Source: Prosthecochloris sp. (GTDB lineage: Bacteria; Bacteroidota; Chlorobiia; Chlorobiales; Chlorobiaceae). Taken from it: a stretch of 64,000 nt of DNA. Shown here one piece after another: positions 59,817-64,000 of the stretch. The notes beneath the pieces were generated by a model. It was not told where the DNA came from. It was given only the letters and a program-made list of their open reading frames with translations, and ran no database searches. The translations under genes were made by a program, and so were the position numbers. Position 1 is the first letter of the stretch. The number at the start of each line of letters is the position of its first letter. The stretch is taken from assembly GCF_015482705.1 (NCBI RefSeq), contig NZ_JADMLA020000039.1; one strand, written 5' to 3'.

Positions 59817-60677
59817 TTACACCGCCACTTCTCTATCGACAACGACATGTTTGTCGCCTTTACGAAGTATAGCGGCTGTAATGAACGGGTCATGAGCGAA
59901 GTGCAATATCCAGCGATTCGAAAGCAGTATATCCAAAAGGATGGTTTTTTCACGAATCACCTCGAGAGGAGCAATATCATATGCCAGCCCCCGTGTTACC
60001 CCCAGATGTGCAGACGAAGGAATCAAATCACCACCATGAACAACGGTTGCACCTTCTCCACTGATTTTCACCAGCTGATGTCCTGCCGTGTGCCCCTGGC
60101 CCATCGATATCATCTCTATTCCAGGTAACAACTGAACAGTTCCGTCAACAAGCTCCATCGATCCAGACTGCCCCAATGCATTTATGAAAGAAGTGGTATA
60201 GCTGGGTTTTTCCTTCATATTCGGCTGAAATGCCGTTTCAAAATTTTCTTTTTGAACGTAGTAGCGGGCATTTGGGAAAACCGCTACAAGCGCGCCTCCT
60301 TTTTCCTCGAAAGCACCACCTACATGATCGAAATGCAGGTGTGTGAAAATAACATCGGTAATCTCTTCCCGGTTCAAACCTGCTTTCTGCAGTTCTTCAT
60401 CGAGACGCCATTCGGAAAGATCGTACATGGCCTTCATCTTACCACTCCAAGCCGTCCCCATCGCCGCATCGACGAGTATGTTCCTATTCCTGCCTCTGAT
60501 CAGTAGAATCCGCATAGGCAATCGTACCCGGTTGAGATGGTCTGGAGGAATGACTTTCTCCCAGAGCACTCTTGGGACTACACCGAAAACCGAACCACCA
60601 TCAAGGCTGAACTCCTGCACATTGAGTGTTTGCAATGTATAATCACCGACAGCAAGCATAGAACAGAAAGAAGACAT
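59817..60677 (-). CDS. MBL-fold metallo-hydrolase
   Basis: 286 aa. THLHFDHVGG (HxHxDH) and a downstream GHTAGH motif. Confidence 0.85.
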   Translation of the reverse strand: MSSFCSMLAVGDYTLQTLNVQEFSLDGGSVFGVVPRVLWEKVIPPDHLNRVRLPMRILLIRGRNRNILVDAAMGTAWSGKMKAMYDLSEWRLDEELQKAGLNREEITDVIFTHLHFDHVGGAFEEKGGALVAVFPNARYYVQKENFETAFQPNMKEKPSYTTSFINALGQSGSMELVDGTVQLLPGIEMISMGQGHTAGHQLVKISGEGATVVHGGDLIPSSAHLGVTRGLAYDIAPLEVIREKTILLDILLSNRWILHFAHDPFITAAILRKGDKHVVVDREVAV

Positions 60678-60734
60678 AATTGAAAAAAAGCGAAAGCAGT
60701 AAAAAACACTGCCTCCATACCTGGATATAACATG

Positions 60735-60762
60735 AAAAAGCCTGACGAATGTCAGGCTTTTT
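60735..60762. terminator. Bidirectional rho-independent terminator downstream of rplS
   Basis: AAAAAGCCTGAC-GAAT-GTCAGGCTTTTT. Perfect 12-bp arms including A/T runs on both sides. Confidence 0.85.
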
Positions 60763-60822
60763 CATACTAATCAAATTACCGATACTCGGCAACAACAAAT
60801 GGTATACCATTGAAAAAACGAT

Positions 60823-61182
60823 TTACGAGGTAACCGCTTTGCGCTCTTTGACTTTCAGAGCAGCCTTTCCGGTACGCTTTCTGAGGTAGAACAGTTTTGC
60901 ACGACGCGTTTTGCCGTTTTTCAGAACCTTGATGCTCTCGATGTTCGGTGAGTTCAAAGGAATGATACGCTCAACCCCTATACCACTGGAAATCTTACGA
61001 ACTGTGACGGTTTTCGACGCACCGGCCCCTCTTTCACTGATCACAACGCCTTCAAAAGCCTGTAAACGCTCTTTTTCACCCTCAATAACTTTTAGTTGCA
61101 TTCTCACTGTATCTCCCGGATGAATCTCCGGCAGGTCGTTTCTCTGCTGTGCTGTTTCAACCAACTTAATTAACTGATCCAT
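60823..61182 (-). CDS. rplS: 50S ribosomal protein L19
   Basis: 119 aa. [31 protein letters not shown] is canonical L19. Confidence 0.95.
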   Translation of the reverse strand: MDQLIKLVETAQQRNDLPEIHPGDTVRMQLKVIEGEKERLQAFEGVVISERGAGASKTVTVRKISSGIGVERIIPLNSPNIESIKVLKNGKTRRAKLFYLRKRTGKAALKVKERKAVTS

Positions 61183-61198
61183 GATAAATATGTTAACG

Positions 61199-61912
61199 TT
61201 ATTTTTTCCTCAACTCTTCAATACTGTCACTATCGAGTAGATCCGGTCGCCTCTGTTGTGTACGTTTCAAGGCGTTGTCACTCCTCCACTCTTCTATTTT
61301 TTTGTGATGCCCGGACAACAAGATCTCAGGAACACGCATTCCCCTGAATTCCGCAGGCCGCGTATAGTACTCACAATCCAGCATACCTGCCTGAAAAGAA
61401 TCGGTCAACGCCGACTCGCTGTCCCCTAAAACACCAGGAATAAGCCTTGCCACGGCATCCATCAATAACAACGCAGGAATTTCTCCGCCTGAAAGCACAA
61501 TATCACCAACAGAGATCTCCATGGTAACGAGCTTTTTCCTGATCCTTTCATCGACGGCTTTATAATGACCGCACAATATAATCAGATTTTTCACTCTTGA
61601 AAGCCGGTTTGCGGTTTGCTGATCTAGCCGTTTTCCGTCCGGAGTCATAAAGATAACAGCATCATACGAACGCTCGGCCATCAAAGCTTCAATACACGCA
61701 AAAACCGGCTCGGGTTTGATCACCATTCCGGCCCCGCCCCCAAAAGGAGTATCGTCGACTTGCTTGTACTTTCCCAATCCATAATCATGAAGGTTATGAA
61801 CAAGCACCTGGACATGTTCCTTTTTTCTGGCTATACCAAGCAGCCCCTTATCAAGGGGTGACTCAAAAAAACCGGGAATAACGGAAATGACATCTATCCG
61901 CAATGACACCAT
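61199..61912 (-). CDS. trmD: tRNA (guanine37-N1)-methyltransferase
   Basis: 237 aa. [12 protein letters not shown] and [12 protein letters not shown] motifs. Confidence 0.93.
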   Translation of the reverse strand: MVSLRIDVISVIPGFFESPLDKGLLGIARKKEHVQVLVHNLHDYGLGKYKQVDDTPFGGGAGMVIKPEPVFACIEALMAERSYDAVIFMTPDGKRLDQQTANRLSRVKNLIILCGHYKAVDERIRKKLVTMEISVGDIVLSGGEIPALLLMDAVARLIPGVLGDSESALTDSFQAGMLDCEYYTRPAEFRGMRVPEILLSGHHKKIEEWRSDNALKRTQQRRPDLLDSDSIEELRKK

Positions 61913-61996
61913 CTAAAGAGACTTTTCATGAATTCAACCTTTGTTCGCACCGGCTCGCCCAGGCTTTCAACAAATTGTAAAGAAACTGCCGGAGCC

Positions 61997-62503
61997 TTAC
62001 AGAAACTCTTCAAGCCGTTTCAGCACCATGTATCCTTTTTCAATGACAATCTCTTCTACAAACTCTTCGACAGCAGGAACAAGAACAACCTGTTCACCAC
62101 ATTGAACCTCATAGACTTCATGTGCCGGCATTTCCAACACATCATGAACAATGCCAACCTCTTTAAAAGACTCGTCGAGTACCTTCAGCCCTTTCAGTTC
62201 ATGCAAGTACGCCCTGTCGGGAGGAAGGGGAATCAAGTCATCAACAGACACATAGACTTTTTTCCCGGCAACTGCTTCAGCTTTCTCCCTGGTATCGATA
62301 CCAAAGAACAAAAGATAGGCGAAACCTTTTCGCAATGTTCCCTGACGAACAACCTGACGACCCGCATCGCGCTCATTTTCCCCTATATAAAACACCTCTC
62401 GCTCAAGAAAACTCTCAGGATAATCCGTAATCGGTAAAATTTTAACCTCACCTTTCAAGCCTTTTGCCTTGAGAATCTTGCCGACAAGGTATAGCTCTTT
62501 CAT
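61997..62503 (-). CDS. rimM: 16S rRNA processing protein RimM
   Basis: 168 aa. [16 protein letters not shown] opening and a PRC-barrel C-terminus. Position between rpsP and trmD. Confidence 0.9.
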   Translation of the reverse strand: MKELYLVGKILKAKGLKGEVKILPITDYPESFLEREVFYIGENERDAGRQVVRQGTLRKGFAYLLFFGIDTREKAEAVAGKKVYVSVDDLIPLPPDRAYLHELKGLKVLDESFKEVGIVHDVLEMPAHEVYEVQCGEQVVLVPAVEEFVEEIVIEKGYMVLKRLEEFL

Positions 62504-62597
62504 TATACAGGCACCTCAACAATGATTGTAATTACCACAATTTTCATCCTGCAAGTGCCCTCGGAATATCCTTGAAGCTATTGAGAAGAATTGCTTA

Positions 62598-63008
62598 TTA
62601 TTCCCCTTGAGCTATCTGAGCTTCTGCTTCTGCAGCTTTTTTTGCATGACGACGACGAGTTTTTACCGCAAGCCTTTTTTGTTTTCTTTCGGTCTCGCGA
62701 GCCTGCCAATTCTCCATTTCAGCTGCAATCTCTTCGTCGCTCTGTCCTCTTCGCTTCATATTCAATTCATGGAGCAGACCTGTTGCACGGATCAGACTGC
62801 GGACTGTTGTTGTCGGCTGAGCACCAACCCCGAGCCAGTAAGCTGCTCGCTCCTTATCTATTGAAATTGCATGAGGCTTCGCTGTCGGCTGATAATTACC
62901 GATCACTTCAAGAAATTTACCATCTCTCGGAGCACGCGCATCAGCAGCAACGATCTGGTAATAAGGCAACTTCTTTCTTCCTGCTCTTCTAAGTCTGATT
63001 TTAACCAA
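62598..63008 (-). CDS. rpsP: 30S ribosomal protein S16 with a Lys/Ala/Glu-rich C-terminal extension
   Basis: 136 aa. [34 protein letters not shown] is canonical S16. The last ~50 aa are a charged extension. Confidence 0.93.
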   Translation of the reverse strand: MVKIRLRRAGRKKLPYYQIVAADARAPRDGKFLEVIGNYQPTAKPHAISIDKERAAYWLGVGAQPTTTVRSLIRATGLLHELNMKRRGQSDEEIAAEMENWQARETERKQKRLAVKTRRRHAKKAAEAEAQIAQGE

Positions 63009-63051
63009 TGCTAATATGGATTTAAGTTATAATTGTATACGAAACAAAAAG

Positions 63052-64000
63052 TTAACGTTTTAAAAGCTTTTCGAGTGGTAAATTCTGCGGCAATATTTTG
63101 CGGCCCGAATTTGTCATCTTTGTTACAGAACTCATCATTTTCTTCATCTCTTTGAACTGCTTGAGCAGCATATTGACATCCTGAACACGAGTACCGCTGC
63201 CTTTTGCTATCCTCTGACGTCGACTGCCGTTGATGATTTCAGGCGTCGCTCTTTCCTGCTTCGTCATGGAAGAGATTATAGCTTCGATAGGCTTGAAGTC
63301 CAGACCATCGAGATCCTGTTTCGGAATCATTTTGTTGAGACCCGGCACCATTTCAACAAGCCCTTGGATAGATCCCATTTTTTTAAGCTGCTGAAGCTGA
63401 TCAAAAAAATCATCGAGATCAAACTCATTCTTCAGAAGACGCGACTGCATCTTCCGCGTTTTTTCAAGATCGAGTGTTTCCTGCGCCTTTTCTACGAAAC
63501 TGACAATATCACCCATACCAAGAATACGCTGGGCCATGCGATCAGGATAGAAAATGTCAAGGTCATCGACTTTTTCACCGACACTCATGAATTTGATCGG
63601 TTTGTCAACGACTTGTTTGATCGAAAGCGCCGATCCCCCTCTGGCATCACCGTCAAGCTTCGTCAGCACAACACCATCGAAATCGAGCCGATCATTGAAA
63701 ACTTTCGCCGTATTGACCGCTTCCTGTCCGATCATCGCATCGACAACGAACAGTAATTCTTCCGGCTTCAACTGATCCTTGAGCGTTTCAGCTTCAGCCA
63801 TCATGCCCTCGTCCACCTGTAAACGCCCGGCAGTGTCGACAATCACGATATCATTACCATTCTTTCTTGCCGAATCAACGCCTTCATGTGCGGTTTTCAA
63901 TGCATCCGGTTCACTCAAAGCGAAAACCGGAACATCGATCTGCTCTCCGAGTGTTTTCAGCTGATCGACAGCAGCAGGACGGTAAACGTCAGCCGCAATA
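63052..64000 (-). CDS. ffh: Signal recognition particle protein Ffh (N-terminus beyond the right window edge)
   Basis: The track ORF starts at an internal TTG. The frame stays open to the window edge, and hand translation of 63919-63999 gives [37 protein letters not shown]-domain motif and a Met-rich M domain. Confidence 0.92.
   Translation of the reverse strand, partial: IAADVYRPAAVDQLKTLGEQIDVPVFALSEPDALKTAHEGVDSARKNGNDIVIVDTAGRLQVDEGMMAEAETLKDQLKPEELLFVVDAMIGQEAVNTAKVFNDRLDFDGVVLTKLDGDARGGSALSIKQVVDKPIKFMSVGEKVDDLDIFYPDRMAQRILGMGDIVSFVEKAQETLDLEKTRKMQSRLLKNEFDLDDFFDQLQQLKKMGSIQGLVEMVPGLNKMIPKQDLDGLDFKPIEAIISSMTKQERATPEIINGSRRQRIAKGSGTRVQDVNMLLKQFKEMKKMMSSVTKMTNSGRKILPQNLPLEKLLKR

Noticed and set aside
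1-64000. Searched for CRISPR arrays, IS elements or transposases, integrases, phage genes, toxin-antitoxin pairs and rRNA
   Set aside because: None was found. The only direct repeats seen are the intragenic 240-nt duplication (15761-16200) and short terminator-type hairpins. The single tRNA (Cys) is not followed by an integrase or an attachment-site-like repeat.

Overview
This is a 64-kb chromosomal segment with about 60 protein genes, one tRNA-Cys, and no rRNA, CRISPR array, transposase or integrase that I can see. All calls come from reading the translated ORFs and the DNA by eye; no database search was run.

Gene content points to a green sulfur bacterium (Chlorobiaceae), mainly from three things:
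- a thiosulfate-oxidation cluster in the order soxJ-X-Y-Z-A-K-B-W
- an EanB/EanA-type anaerobic ergothioneine pair
- a DUF4295 small protein

Main blocks, left to right:
- Edge-truncated UPF0016 transporter, lipocalin, GNAT, and a 54-codon rubredoxin missed by the ORF track.
- Glutamate-synthase-like FMN protein, then two LolC/E permeases.
- PstS-like binding protein followed by a GGDEF cyclase.
- Arginine operon argC-J-B-F-R-G, with textbook ARG boxes upstream. It is separated from argH by an inserted gene for a secreted tandem-repeat protein.
- Prc protease, class II aldolase, M20 amidohydrolase and a CBS protein.
- A tightly coupled 5-formyl-THF cyclo-ligase/ppk1/rpiB operon, then an FAH-family protein and pyrC.
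- A CDGSH protein followed by eanB-eanA.
- A roughly 10.5-kb co-directional run: porin, soxJXYZAKBW, DsbD, then a radical SAM gene.
- Methyltransferases, and a cNMP/CBS/DUF294 protein with a DEDD exonuclease.
- Epimerase, an acidic lipoprotein and a BMP lipoprotein.
- A CYTH-like/CHAD protein translationally coupled to an orphan ParA ATPase, then tRNA-Cys.
- Acyl-CoA ligase, Mut7-C RNase, HhH-GPD glycosylase and an MBL hydrolase.
- The ffh-rpsP-rimM-trmD-rplS ribosomal cluster; ffh runs off the right edge.

Most interesting for follow-up:
- the CHAD-ParA pair, a candidate polyphosphate-granule positioning module
- the unrecognised secreted repeat protein splitting the arg operon
- the accessory genes welded onto the sox cluster (porin, DsbD, radical SAM plus a possible small ORF)
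- the CDGSH protein upstream of eanBA
- a GC-rich structured leader upstream of the acyl-CoA ligase gene
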